Positions 1-10,888 are shown, counted from the first letter of the stretch. The stretch is 64,000 nt of DNA from Trichormus sp. ATA11-4-KO1 (GCA_019358915.1 JAHHIM010000055.1:320001-384000); one strand, 5' to 3'. A program made the numbers and translations. Notes: a model not told the origin generated them from the letters alone.

Positions 1-993
1 TTGACTGATTTGTCTGATAGCATCTATTTCCCATTTCTGCCACTGACGGTAACTGCAACAGTCATAGACAATTAATATTCCCCACAAGCGCTTTGAGCTT
101 GAAGACTCTGAGTCTTCATGTTCTAGTGCTTTTAATAAAATAGGAACTACTAAATTGGCTTCGACCTTACACTGATTTAGAAAATTGATTTGACAGGGTA
201 ATTTAGGTACTGTGTCAGTTTTTTCGCTGATACTTGATTGGTATATTTCTAAATACTGAGCAGGGATTGAAACTTCTATATCTATATCTTTCAAAGATGC
301 CAAGGGTGCTGCAAAAGATTCAAAAACTACTTCACCTCTACCTTGGGGTGGAACACGGTAAATGAATGTCTGGTCAATCTGCAAAAACTGCCGTAATTCT
401 ACTAATACATTTTGCAGTAATGCCCCCAGTTGAGAACAGGAATTGATGTGTTTTCGCACGGCGTTCAACAGTTGCTCTTGCTTTTGGTACTGTCGCCAAG
501 CTTCCTGGGATAATTTTTCTTGAGTAATATCCCTATGTGTTCCTGACATCCAGACCGGCTGGCCGAATTCATCCCACTGAAATACTCTGCCACAACTGAG
601 AATCCACTTCCACCCACCGGATTTAGACAACATTCTCAATTCAACTTCAAATACAGGTATATGACCTGCAAGATAGTCTTTCAACACCTGGCGAACTTTC
701 GGCAAATCCTGTGGATGTATAAGTTGCTCAAAGGATTGATGGTTGGTAATTTCTTCTACTTCATAGCCTAAAATTTGTTGCCACTGAGGGTCATAATAGG
801 TTTTATCGGTAGCCAGATGCCAATTCCACCAACTCAGACCACTGGCGGCTAATGCCATTTGTAAAGCGGCTTGTGAGTGCTGGTCAATCTCGGAGTCTTC
901 TGGAGGTGGTTGCTGGTTATTGGGGAAACTTTGGGAGCTTGGCGCTGAAACTGGAGCTTCCATCTGATAGGTAGCGGGTTCTTCGATATGCAT
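1..993 (-). CDS. PAS/PAC + GAF sensor protein, 5' part only (runs off the left edge)
   Basis: Manual translation of the minus strand from the ATG at 993: MHIEEP...ALQMALAASGLSWWNWHLATDKTYYDPQWQQILGY...IHPQD...WKWILSCGRV...GTHRDIT (PAS_3/PAC), then LRQFLQIDQTFIYR...ANLVVPIL...LWGILIVYDC..RQW (GAF). No stop before base 1. Confidence 0.85.
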   Translation of the reverse strand, partial: MHIEEPATYQMEAPVSAPSSQSFPNNQQPPPEDSEIDQHSQAALQMALAASGLSWWNWHLATDKTYYDPQWQQILGYEVEEITNHQSFEQLIHPQDLPKVRQVLKDYLAGHIPVFEVELRMLSKSGGWKWILSCGRVFQWDEFGQPVWMSGTHRDITQEKLSQEAWRQYQKQEQLLNAVRKHINSCSQLGALLQNVLVELRQFLQIDQTFIYRVPPQGRGEVVFESFAAPLASLKDIDIEVSIPAQYLEIYQSSISEKTDTVPKLPCQINFLNQCKVEANLVVPILLKALEHEDSESSSSKRLWGILIVYDCCSYRQWQKWEIDAIRQISQ

Positions 994-1532
994 AGCTGCT
1001 GATACGATGAGGAAGATATCCTGAGCTTCTCTCTACGCTGTCTTAGCACCTGAGGGTTAAGGTATGAACAATGCCAACATATTCACTGTCGGTTAACTTA
1101 GCTATTACTCAGTCGATTTAATCAAAGTTCAAAGAAATATCCACAAGGTATGACTAATCTTGAATTAAATTTAGAAAAAGTTAAACGTAAAAGTGTAACC
1201 TCTCAAGCGATCGCCTACCCCAAGTTTTAGAAAAAATTAGCTACATTTTGTGTATCTATCATCTCCAGATGACAGTTTATGAGTATACAAAATTACAAAT
1301 AGGTTGCTTTAATGCCCAAAAATTATTAGGGTAAAAATCCTATAATCATTTAATATCAGATGTTTCAGATAAAAGAAGTATTGTCAAGCCCTATTTGTAG
1401 CTTTTTTGTAAAAGGCTGGCTTTCATTCAAACCTGGGAGGCTACATCAAGTTTCATCCTCAAAACTTCAACTTTGACGTGGAACCAGAATTTGAGGAAAT
1501 GTCATACAAAAGAAAAGTAAGGCCGATGACGA

Positions 1533-3536
1533 ATGACTATAGATGAAGTCGTATTGCTACTCAAAGCCAGCCAGATCAATGGTTTGACGACACTCCAAGA
1601 GATGATACTGCGCTCTTCATGGGAGGGAAAAACTTATACAAGTATAGCGTTTGAGGCTCACTACGGTGGAGAACGGATCAGGAAAGTTGCTTCTCATCTA
1701 TGGCAATTATTAAGCGATTTTTGGCAAGAACCTATCCATAAATCTAACTTCCGTAAGACTCTGGAACCTCGCCGTTTAAGTAAAGCTCATCAACAGTTAA
1801 TTAAGGAATTCAACCGCGCAGCTACCGCCATATCCCTAGAATTTCCTAATGGGCCAGTATCTCTTAACTCTAGATTTTACATTCCTCGCCCACCAGTTGA
1901 GGAACTTGCCTACGCAGAAATAGCTGAACCAGGAAGTGTCATCTGCATCAAAGCTCCCAAAAAAATGGGAAAAAGCTCCCTAATTCTCAGAGTTCTCGCC
2001 CGCGCTACCAATCAAGGTTTTCGGACTGTGAGTCTGGACTTTCAGCAAGCGGATAAAGCCGTTTTTAGCAGCTTGGATAAGTTTTTACGCTGGTTATGTG
2101 CTAATGTCAGTCGGGAATTACAGCTAGAACCAAAACTCAATGATTATTGGCATGAGGATATGGGTAGCAAAGTCAGCTGCTCTATTTATTTCCAGAGGTA
2201 TTTGCTGTCTGCGCTGAAAAGTCCTTTGGTTTTGGTATTAAACGAAGTAGATTGGGTATTTGAGTATCCAGAGATTGCTGGGGAATTTCTGCCATTAGTG
2301 CGTTCCTGGTACGAACAAGCAAAAATGGTGGAGATTTGGCAAAAACTCCGCCTAGTGTTGGTTTACTCGAAGGAAATTCTTGTTCCCCTCAAATTGACTC
2401 AATCGCCATTTAATATTGGTTTACCAATTAAGTTGCCAAACTTTACCCAAGAGCAGGTGCTGGATTTAGCACAACGTCACGGTTTAGATTGGGCAAATAG
2501 TAAGGATATTGAAAGTTTAATGGCGGTGGTAGGAGGACATCCTTATTTAGTCAGGTTGGCTTTGTATCACCTTGTGGGAAAAGGTGCGTTAGAAAGAAAC
2601 CTACAGCAGTTGTTAGCAGAAGCAGTAACGACAGCTGGAATTTATCACGAATATTTAAGACAGTACGTATTAGCACTCCAAGAGGAGCCAGAATTGGCAT
2701 CTGCTTTTTATGATGTAATTAATGCTACAGATTGTGTAAAATTAGAGCCAGTCTTAGCATATAAATTGCAGAGTATGGGGCTGGTGAATCTAGAAGGCGA
2801 TCGCTGTACTCCTGCATGTGAGTTGTATCGTTTGTATTTCCGTGGACAACTCAATAGCATTGCGGATTTTACTGCTGTTCGTGTTGATCAGTTGCAAAAA
2901 GAAAACCAATACTTGCGCGCCCTCTCCAGCTTAGATGAACTGACTCAGTTAGCCAATCACCGCTACTTTCACACCTACTTACAAGTTGAGTGGCAAAGAT
3001 CTACTCGCAATGGCACTCCTTTAGCACTAATTTTGTGCGACATTGATTATTTTAAAATTTATAATAAAACCTACGGCAGAGAAGCAGGAGATCATTGTTT
3101 GCGCCAAATTGCCAATGCAATCTTTAACTGTGTTCAGCATTCATTTAGTCATAGCAGTTTTTCCTACGCTAGCAACACTATTACTTATCAAGCTCATGGT
3201 GCTTGTGAAACTTCTCAGATTGCATATTCTCAGAATCAACCTAGTCCGGTGTTAGTCGCTCGTTACGGTGGTGAAGAATTTGCTGTTCTCACCCAGACGG
3301 ATGCTAAGACTGCTGCATACATTGCTGAACAAATTCGCCAGCAAGTAAAAGCTTTGGCAATTAAGTGTGAATATCCCGGTATTGGTGGTCTTCCTGCTAC
3401 TGTTTTAACTGTTAGTGCAGGCGTTGCTAGTATGATTCCCCAGTTAGAAATTGAGGCAATTACTTTAGTAAATGCTGCTGAGCAAGCACTTTCACAAGCA
3501 AAAAGAACAGGACGCGATCGCCTCGTTCTCGGTTAA
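1533..3536 (+). CDS. AAA_35-like STAND NTPase fused to a GGDEF diguanylate cyclase, with a short N-terminal HTH-like region
   Basis: FYIPRPPVE, Walker A-like APKKMGKSS, SPFNIGLPIKLPNF and GGHPYLVRL (AAA_35); C-terminal DELTQLANHRYF, CDIDYFKIYN and RYGGEEF. Confidence 0.9.
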   Translation: MTIDEVVLLLKASQINGLTTLQEMILRSSWEGKTYTSIAFEAHYGGERIRKVASHLWQLLSDFWQEPIHKSNFRKTLEPRRLSKAHQQLIKEFNRAATAISLEFPNGPVSLNSRFYIPRPPVEELAYAEIAEPGSVICIKAPKKMGKSSLILRVLARATNQGFRTVSLDFQQADKAVFSSLDKFLRWLCANVSRELQLEPKLNDYWHEDMGSKVSCSIYFQRYLLSALKSPLVLVLNEVDWVFEYPEIAGEFLPLVRSWYEQAKMVEIWQKLRLVLVYSKEILVPLKLTQSPFNIGLPIKLPNFTQEQVLDLAQRHGLDWANSKDIESLMAVVGGHPYLVRLALYHLVGKGALERNLQQLLAEAVTTAGIYHEYLRQYVLALQEEPELASAFYDVINATDCVKLEPVLAYKLQSMGLVNLEGDRCTPACELYRLYFRGQLNSIADFTAVRVDQLQKENQYLRALSSLDELTQLANHRYFHTYLQVEWQRSTRNGTPLALILCDIDYFKIYNKTYGREAGDHCLRQIANAIFNCVQHSFSHSSFSYASNTITYQAHGACETSQIAYSQNQPSPVLVARYGGEEFAVLTQTDAKTAAYIAEQIRQQVKALAIKCEYPGIGGLPATVLTVSAGVASMIPQLEIEAITLVNAAEQALSQAKRTGRDRLVLG

Positions 3537-3598
3537 GTGGCTACGGTGTTCACACAAGGGCGTAGGGGGGAGATCATCCCCCTCATCCCACAGTACTC

Positions 3599-5383
3599 TT
3601 AACGCAAAGTCACTATCGGCAAGCCTAACCATGCAGCAAAATTCTCTTTCTGCGCCGGATCGGGATTATGAATGGGAACGATCTGATACTTGCTAGACCG
3701 TGGTGCAGCCAAAGTTACAGCATAGGTACGCAGTTCATCTTGGTGGAAAACCGTGATTTCAATGGTGTCATTGGGCTGGTAATCTTTCAGGCGATCGCTC
3801 AGTTGATGGGCTGTCAGTCGTATTCCCTCAAGAGCTAATAATTCATCACCTGCATCAATTCCCGCTAGTTGTGCAGGTGATGCAGTTTCCACAGATTTAA
3901 TTACCTCCCGGCCATTTTCGGTTTTCGCCCTGATGCCTAAATATGGTTCTTCCTCACGTTCCGCTAGTAGCTGCAAACCAAAAGGTTCCAAGTACTGATT
4001 AAAAGGTAATTCATCAGTGCTATCAATGTAGCGTTCAAAGAAATTCCCCAAATCCACACCCGCTACAGATTCAATGACTTCTTGCAACTGTTCAGGAGTA
4101 TAGCCAATTTCTGCTTGCCCAAATTTCCACCACATTTGCCGCATTACATCATCTAGCGATCGCTGATTTCCGTGTCGCGCTCTAATCAACAAATCTAGCA
4201 ACAAAGAAACCATTTCCCCCTTCAAGTAGTAGGACATTTGGGAATTGTTGCTATTGGCATCTGGACGATAAAGTTTAATCCAAGCATCAAAACTTGACTC
4301 GGAAAGTGGTTGCACTTTACGCCCTGGGGTTGTGAGGAATCTAGTAATTTCCTTACCCAAATGATTTAAATACGATTTAGCATCGTAAATGCCAGCCCGT
4401 AAAGGAATCAGCAAGTCATAATAACTTGTAGTCCCTTCACAGAACCACAGAGAAGGTGTATAGTTTTCCTGCTCGTAATCAAAAACTTCTAAACCTTTGG
4501 GGCGAATGCGTTTGACGTTCCACAAGTGAAAAAATTCATGTGCTACCAATTGCACAAAGCGTTCATATTTTTCCTGAGTGCGAAATCCAAAACGTTGGTA
4601 AATTAACGAGCAACAGTTTTTATGCTCCAAACCCCCATAAGCTTGGGCAAATAAATGCAGCAGAAAAATATATCGTTCATAGGGCAAACCCCCGAACATC
4701 TGCGCTTCTACCTGAATCACTTTTTGGATATCAGCAATCATTCGCTGTGGTTGTAAATTGCCCTGTCCCCAAATTGCCAGTTCATGTGGTTTTCCCAAAA
4801 CCTCAAAGTGATATAACTGGTGATTACCAATCTCAAAGGGGCTATCTACAAGGGTGTCAAAATCGACAGCAGAGAAAGTATTAGCTTGCTCACCAACTAA
4901 TGGTAAAGAAGTAGTGACCCGCCAGTCTGGGCGTGGCGGTACAATGGTGATGTTAATTGGTAGGCTCTCCCAACCTGGTAGTCTAAAAAACAGCGCTGCA
5001 CCATTAAAATAGCCGTGGGTGGTATCTAAGTGATTCGTTCGTACCGATAGCTCATTGGCAAACATGCGGTAACGCACAGTTAATTCTGAAACACCATTTG
5101 TGTTGACCTGCCAGTGATTTTTACTGATTTTTCGCCAAGGCAAAGGCTCATCCCCTGCAAAAGCGGCAAAATCTTGTAGATTCTTGGCATATTCCCGCAC
5201 TAAGTATGAGCCTGGTGTCCATACCGGCATTTTCAAGTCAAGAATTTTTGACGGGTGGTTGATTAGCTGCAATGTCACCTCAAACAGATGCGTTTCTGGT
5301 TGAGGCATTGCCACCAGGTAATGAATCGTCGGTACTGTTTCCTGGACGCCAATCTCGATACGAGGTGCTGTTGCTTCGGTCAT
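3599..5383 (-). CDS. M61 family glycyl aminopeptidase with PDZ domain
   Basis: PVWTPGSY, GGLEH, HEFFHLWN zinc motif, LWFCEGTTSYY; C-terminal PDZ (SPAQLAGIDAGDELLAL). Confidence 0.95.
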   Translation of the reverse strand: MTEATAPRIEIGVQETVPTIHYLVAMPQPETHLFEVTLQLINHPSKILDLKMPVWTPGSYLVREYAKNLQDFAAFAGDEPLPWRKISKNHWQVNTNGVSELTVRYRMFANELSVRTNHLDTTHGYFNGAALFFRLPGWESLPINITIVPPRPDWRVTTSLPLVGEQANTFSAVDFDTLVDSPFEIGNHQLYHFEVLGKPHELAIWGQGNLQPQRMIADIQKVIQVEAQMFGGLPYERYIFLLHLFAQAYGGLEHKNCCSLIYQRFGFRTQEKYERFVQLVAHEFFHLWNVKRIRPKGLEVFDYEQENYTPSLWFCEGTTSYYDLLIPLRAGIYDAKSYLNHLGKEITRFLTTPGRKVQPLSESSFDAWIKLYRPDANSNNSQMSYYLKGEMVSLLLDLLIRARHGNQRSLDDVMRQMWWKFGQAEIGYTPEQLQEVIESVAGVDLGNFFERYIDSTDELPFNQYLEPFGLQLLAEREEEPYLGIRAKTENGREVIKSVETASPAQLAGIDAGDELLALEGIRLTAHQLSDRLKDYQPNDTIEITVFHQDELRTYAVTLAAPRSSKYQIVPIHNPDPAQKENFAAWLGLPIVTLR

Positions 5384-5409
5384 CTGTAATTAGGAGTTAT
5401 AAATTCTGA

Positions 5410-5460
5410 GTCAATAGTTAATAGTCAATAGTTAATGGTCAATAGTCAATAGTTAATAGC
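5410..5460. repeat. STRR-type heptamer tandem repeat (GT[C/T]AATA)n
   Basis: gtcaata gttaata gtcaata gttaatg gtcaata gtcaata gttaata. Confidence 0.85.
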
Positions 5461-5977
5461 TAACAACTGTAGATTGAAGACTGAGTAAAGCCAATCCAAC
5501 CCCACTAACTTTAACCGCAGTTTCTCCCATAATGTACTGCCTACTCATGGCACTCACTCCGCAAAATTCAGTTTTTAACTCGACTTTATTTAATTAAACA
5601 GCATAAATTGTCATAAATTTCAAGCACTCAAAGACAGAGTGCGGGTAGTATACTACATCTATTGGTCAATTTCTGAAAACATTTAACTAGCCTAAACCTG
5701 ACCCCATAGGAGTAGTTTTCCATATCTAAATAAATGTTATCTCCAAACAATTACATTTATCATGATGCAGAAAGGGTAATTTCGTAAATATGTTTAGTGT
5801 TCTAATTCTGATATTTGGGACTGACAGCAAGCAAAAAAACAATTGATTGAGAACAGCCTCCAGAGCCAAGAAATTTAATAGAGGCTCCTGTTTAATTTTT
5901 GTTGGTGTAGCCTGAGCTATGCACTTAAAAATTCAGTAAACATCTCCAGAAATTAAATATGCGTCTTTCATAACCCT

Positions 5978-6007
5978 TGTAGAGATGTTGCATACAACGT
6001 CTCTACA
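5978..6007. repeat. REP-like palindromic element
   Basis: TGTAGAGATGTTG CATA CAACGTCTCTACA, a near-perfect inverted repeat downstream of the Crp-family gene. Confidence 0.75.
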
Positions 6008-6084
6008 TTCTTTTTCCAAGATTATAGTACATATCGATTCCCTTCTTTCCTGTCACCTGTCTCCTATCACCTATTCCCTGTTAC

Positions 6085-6768
6085 TTAGACCTTGCCTGCT
6101 AAGTTAATCAATTGTTTGAAGTTAATCAGATAAATAATACTGTTGGCGCTATCAATCATGATCCAACCTTTTTCATGTAGTTTTTCCATGATTTTGGTGG
6201 TTTCGTCAACACCGATTTCTGTCACCTCTGCCAAATCTTTAAAAGGAATATTCAAAATTTCCTTACCTTTGCCTGATTCCTGTCCATAACTTTCGCCTAA
6301 ACTGACTAAGGTATGAGCAAGTTTGACAGCTGGTGGTGAAGAGCGGATTTGTAAGCGCTGGTTAATTTGCCGCAATCGCCGTACCATGAGTTGCAACATC
6401 CGGTGATGTAACTGCGGGTCTTTAAATAATATTTGAATAAAACGCTCTCTCGAGATGCTCAATAACTTCACTGGCGATAGGGCAATCACATCGGTTGAAC
6501 GTGGAGATTCATCTAAAATCGCCATTTCTCCGAAAAAATCACCTCTACCTAAAATTGCCAAAGCTACAGAATCATCTCCGGAGGTGCGTCGGACTTTCAC
6601 CCAGCCAGAAACCACGAAGTAAACTGCATTACCCCAGGCATCTTCCATCAACACAGCTCGTCCAACAGGGTATTCGTGTTCAATTGCAACGTTGAGTAGC
6701 CATTCCAAAGTCTGCGGGTTAGCTGTACTTAGTAAGGGGAAAAGTTGACTAAAAACTTCAGTCTGCAT
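6085..6768 (-). CDS. Crp/Fnr family transcriptional regulator
   Basis: cNMP-binding signature GDFFGEMAILDESPRSTDV; C-terminal HTH (FKDLAEVTEIGVDETTKIMEKL). Confidence 0.93.
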   Translation of the reverse strand: MQTEVFSQLFPLLSTANPQTLEWLLNVAIEHEYPVGRAVLMEDAWGNAVYFVVSGWVKVRRTSGDDSVALAILGRGDFFGEMAILDESPRSTDVIALSPVKLLSISRERFIQILFKDPQLHHRMLQLMVRRLRQINQRLQIRSSPPAVKLAHTLVSLGESYGQESGKGKEILNIPFKDLAEVTEIGVDETTKIMEKLHEKGWIMIDSANSIIYLINFKQLINLAGKV

Positions 6769-6967
6769 GTATTTTCAATAAATAAATTCAAGTGCGGAAA
6801 ATTAAATTGACTACTATAAGTTTTCTAACCGCAACTTTGGTAATATTACGGTATAAATTTGTGATAAATTAAACTAAAAGTCCAAAGAAGCATTAGTCTA
6901 GGGTGCCATTACAACATAACAAGTGTGTATGCGATCGCAATCAGCGCTTCCACTGACAGAAATCTCT

Positions 6968-8167
6968 TTAGCTGTTTGTTGGTGGTTCGCTAGTTGCTGA
7001 GAGTATTTTTATCTGCTGGTCTAAATTTGTAACGAGCTGATTTAAAGTTACTACAGCCTCTAATTGCTCTGACTTCATGACGGGATTGAGTAGAAGTCGT
7101 TGTTGCAGTTCATGCAACTTAAAACTTAATTGTTGTGAAATTCCCAAAGCATCGCGGCTAAGACGTGTCAACTGTTGTTGCTGATAAAACTTTAAAGTCG
7201 CTCCCCGTAAAACTTGTAATGTTGCCTCTTCACCATAAATTCCTGGCATCACCCGCAGGCGTAATAATAAACGGTTTTGTTGATAGAGGCATTCTTTTTC
7301 TATCTGTTTTGGTTCTGCAAGTTTGCTCACAGGTAGGGAAGCAAATCGCTTCAGTTCATTAAGTACTCCTTGGAAAACAGACAGAGGGAGATTTTCTAAT
7401 ATGGACTGCAATACTCCATTGTCACTCCAGAGTATCCTGCCTTCGTAAGGTTGTCTTTCCAAATACAAGCGACCAATTCCCCCACCCAAAACTCGCCCTA
7501 GTAATTCTTGTAATAATTTTTTGGGTGGTAGTGTTGCCAATATTTCCATAGGACTAAATTGCTCTGGAACTTGGACTTGTAAAACGGTTAAGTTGTTTGG
7601 GAATGCTGCTTCAGAGATGTCTTCTGCTTGTTTCTCGTTGACGGTACTTGGAGATAAGCTATCTAGATTTGGAATATCTACCTGCTCAGAATATTCCAGC
7701 ATTGATGTTGGTTGCTGATTAGATTCAAAGGAGATAGTTGCAGATTGAATCAATTGCTCATCAATAATCGTTTTGTTGTTTTCTAGATAAGAGTCCGCTC
7801 CTGGGTGATCCACTTGTTTGGTATTGGGGCGGAATGTATTTTTATAGTTGAGGTAAGCTGATAGTATGATGCGGTGCGTGTCGGTGGCCATCTCCTCAGT
7901 CACCGTTGTACAATTAATATAAGACACAATGCGATTTACGTAATCTAACGCTCCAGTGTCTTGTGGATGAACCATACCCAGTAAGAGTTTGTTATCTTCT
8001 AGTCCCAAGGGTAAAATTTGGTGATATAGGCAAGCTTCAAAGGATAAAAGACTATCAATTAATTGGAATACTTGCTCGCGTCCTTGCGCCCAGTTTGCTG
8101 GTGTGTCACCTAAAACTTGCTGCCCACTTGCTCCTGTATCAGTTGGTTTGCCCTTTGAAGACAACAT
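6968..8167 (-). CDS. PilB/GspE N-terminal-domain protein lacking the ATPase domain
   Basis: T2SSE_N-like segment (ACLYHQILPL...LLLGMVHPQD) and N2D-like segment (RLYLERQ...RILWSDNGVLQ...RLRVMPGIYGEEATLQVL); no Walker A motif. Confidence 0.75.
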   Translation of the reverse strand: MLSSKGKPTDTGASGQQVLGDTPANWAQGREQVFQLIDSLLSFEACLYHQILPLGLEDNKLLLGMVHPQDTGALDYVNRIVSYINCTTVTEEMATDTHRIILSAYLNYKNTFRPNTKQVDHPGADSYLENNKTIIDEQLIQSATISFESNQQPTSMLEYSEQVDIPNLDSLSPSTVNEKQAEDISEAAFPNNLTVLQVQVPEQFSPMEILATLPPKKLLQELLGRVLGGGIGRLYLERQPYEGRILWSDNGVLQSILENLPLSVFQGVLNELKRFASLPVSKLAEPKQIEKECLYQQNRLLLRLRVMPGIYGEEATLQVLRGATLKFYQQQQLTRLSRDALGISQQLSFKLHELQQRLLLNPVMKSEQLEAVVTLNQLVTNLDQQIKILSATSEPPTNS

Positions 8168-8439
8168 AAGTTTGATTACTGAGTGTTTTCCTATATTTTA
8201 TTTTGCTATAAATTAGTTGGCAGTAAATAAAGATACTTTGTGACCTTGTTAAAGGTTAAATTAATTACCAACAGGTTAAGGAATTATTCATGATTGGGGA
8301 TTGGGTAGTTATTCCCAATCCACAATCAAAAGAGTTGAACTGGGTACACGGTTACCAACCAGCGTCGCGCGCGAAGCAAAGACGCTTGTTGCTAAACATC
8401 GCCATGCCTCAAATCCCTGAAACTCAGTGATAAATTTAA

Positions 8440-9636
8440 TCATTCCTGAGTCCTTAAAGATTGAGCTGCAAGATAAACTTTAGTCCATTCGCCCATTACC
8501 TGATGGACTTTGAGCTTTAACTGTTGGGCTATTGCTTCTATAGAGTTGTCGGCTTTCCGCAAATCTAGGATCTGCCGCCCCAAAGGAGTTAATTTTCCAT
8601 ACAGTTGTTGCCATTGGTTTTGTGTTAGCCCCAAATTATTTTCTTGTAGGGAAATTGCCAGCCAGTTATCCACCAGTTCCGGTTTACCTTTGAGGGCAAA
8701 AACGCGTACTGCGTGGTAGCTAATTTTTTCTCGCAGTCGGTAAACTTCCTTAATCGGCTTTTGTAATTTACGGGCGATCTCATCTTGAGACTTGCCTTGT
8801 AGATACAGTCGCAGCCATTCTACTGCATCTGTTCCCAGATTTTCTTGTAAATAATTGGCAAATTCCGTTTTGACTGTCTGCCGCAGTACCTGTTGTTCCT
8901 CTAATTGTTGAGCTTCTTGATATTCTGCGATCGCTTGAGTATCAGCCAAATTGACTCGATTATCATTGTCATCTGTGAGAATTTCTTCTGACACCAGCCT
9001 TACCAAATCACTGTTTGGCACTTGGGTTAAACCACCACGTTGAGTGCGACGTAAGTAGTTGACAAATCTATATACGAGCAAAGGTTGATTGCGTATTGGT
9101 CGCATAGAATATTCTTCTACACTGGCAAATAACAAAGTATCCCGTAGTCGTCTATCGGTGGTAAATTCGGCGATACAAGCCATTTGCTGCTGCATATATT
9201 TGTCGTTCTGCAATAATTCTTGCAGGACTTCTTGCAACACATCCATAACACTGCGCTGGCGATCGCGACTTAGTGAAACCCAAGTCTGAATCTTATTCCG
9301 TAATGTGACTAAACTCCCTAGCCGAGTCAGCAGGTTGCGATAAGCACGTTCTCTCCCAATGCCCAAGTAGCGTTGATGTAAAATTTTCCAGCGATATTCC
9401 ATCGCTTGTTTGGCGATGTCAAGTTCTTTAGAGTTGAGCAAATCAAACCGCTTTAAGTCAGTTCCTAACAGCCAGAGAATAATACTTTCTCTGGTGGCTA
9501 TACTTTGTTCGGGACACTCCGCAGCTAGACGCTTGCCCCAATACTGCTTCAGTTTTTCTGCCTCCGTTGTCATAGCGAGATTGCGCTCCTCGAAACCCTG
9601 TTTTAAAGCTTGCATCACAACCCCCGTTTGTCGCAC
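8440..9636 (-). CDS. HetZ-related protein (sigma-like HTH C-terminus); start may lie further downstream
   Basis: Recognised HetZ-family-like segments (QRYLG...AYRNL, VLQEVLQELLQND, LFASVEEY, LYLQGKSQDEIARKL); no adjacent patU, so probably not hetZ itself. Confidence 0.7.
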   Translation of the reverse strand: MRQTGVVMQALKQGFEERNLAMTTEAEKLKQYWGKRLAAECPEQSIATRESIILWLLGTDLKRFDLLNSKELDIAKQAMEYRWKILHQRYLGIGRERAYRNLLTRLGSLVTLRNKIQTWVSLSRDRQRSVMDVLQEVLQELLQNDKYMQQQMACIAEFTTDRRLRDTLLFASVEEYSMRPIRNQPLLVYRFVNYLRRTQRGGLTQVPNSDLVRLVSEEILTDDNDNRVNLADTQAIAEYQEAQQLEEQQVLRQTVKTEFANYLQENLGTDAVEWLRLYLQGKSQDEIARKLQKPIKEVYRLREKISYHAVRVFALKGKPELVDNWLAISLQENNLGLTQNQWQQLYGKLTPLGRQILDLRKADNSIEAIAQQLKLKVHQVMGEWTKVYLAAQSLRTQE

Positions 9637-10454
9637 TGAAACTTATAATCTGGCAGTTGCCTATGAGTCTGTCTTGTCCATAAAGACATCTCAAATGTTC
9701 TATTCTTATTACGTCTGGATTGACTAAATTTATGCAATAATTTCCAAATTACTTTTTTTGCTGCTAATCTCCCATACCAGAAAAGATGGTATTGAGAGCA
9801 TTTGCCTAAATTTATGGGAAATTTAAATTTTGTAAACTTATATTTGGGAAACAAAGATTTGAGCTTTTGCATCTCTTTTAGATGCGCGAATCTTATGCAC
9901 CTCAATCCAGCCGTTATTGATATTTATAAGTTTCATCCTGCTATTTCTCTTCGGCAATGCGAAAAGTTCCAGAATTTTCACGTCGTTAAAATATTCACTT
10001 TTAGTTGTTTTACATCCCCTGGGGGTTAGAGGGAAGTAAAATAAGATGAATATTTTAATGCTTGATGGACTATTTGTGGATAGCAATTACGTTTATCAGC
10101 ATCTTTGGCATTTTCTAGAAATAAAATTTGATGAAATATGATATTACGAAAGATACATAAAAAACTTAAAAGTACCCTTACGGGTACTAGCTTACACAAG
10201 GATGTCAAGTATAAGTTTAACTAAACAAACTGCTGTATTAGTTTCAAACTCAATTAATCACCGAGTTTTTTAGATAGACAACAAAATTACTGAGCTATCA
10301 TTACTTGCTGACACCTATCAAATTTAATAGTTTTCAGTTCTCCACACCACAGTTTTTCCAAAAGTCAATAGTCAAAGGTCAAGAGTTAATAGTCAGTAAT
10401 TAATTAACACTGGGACTTTCAACTTTTGACTAATAACTGATGAGTTTAACTGTA

Positions 10455-10802
10455 TCACCTGTTAGATGACCGAACAATTGGGTTTTCTACAGATTCTCGA
10501 TACTGCTGGACTTGTTCTGTGTAACCGATTGGCAAAACAGCTTCCACATTTTCATGAGGACGAGGAATAATCACCCAAGATTCTAGGGTACCACCATAAG
10601 CATTGGCTGCGGCTTCAACACCAGCAGCCATAGCTGTTTTGACTTCAGAAACATCTCCGCGAATATTTACTGTAAAACGAGCGCTACCCACTCTTATATA
10701 ACCAACAAGGGTGACTCGACCAGCTTTAACCATAGCATCTGCTGCTGCTAATACAGCAGGAAAACCCTTAGTTTCCAGTGAGCCAACGGCCTGTAGTGAC
10801 AT
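10455..10802 (-). CDS. ccmK4: Carboxysome shell protein CcmK4
   Basis: BMC domain [47 protein letters not shown]...[11 protein letters not shown]; lies downstream of ccmK3. Confidence 0.93.
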   Translation of the reverse strand: MSLQAVGSLETKGFPAVLAAADAMVKAGRVTLVGYIRVGSARFTVNIRGDVSEVKTAMAAGVEAAANAYGGTLESWVIIPRPHENVEAVLPIGYTEQVQQYRESVENPIVRSSNR

Positions 10803-10888
10803 TTAGTAATCTCCTGTATGAATAAACGTATGTGGTGTGACCAGTCAATTGTACGCAACTGCGCTACAAAGTTTGATGACAAATTGAC

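Noticed and set aside
9410..10208. Several short ORFs upstream of and overlapping the HetZ-related gene
   Set aside because: AT-rich, mutually overlapping, no motifs; probably chance ORFs
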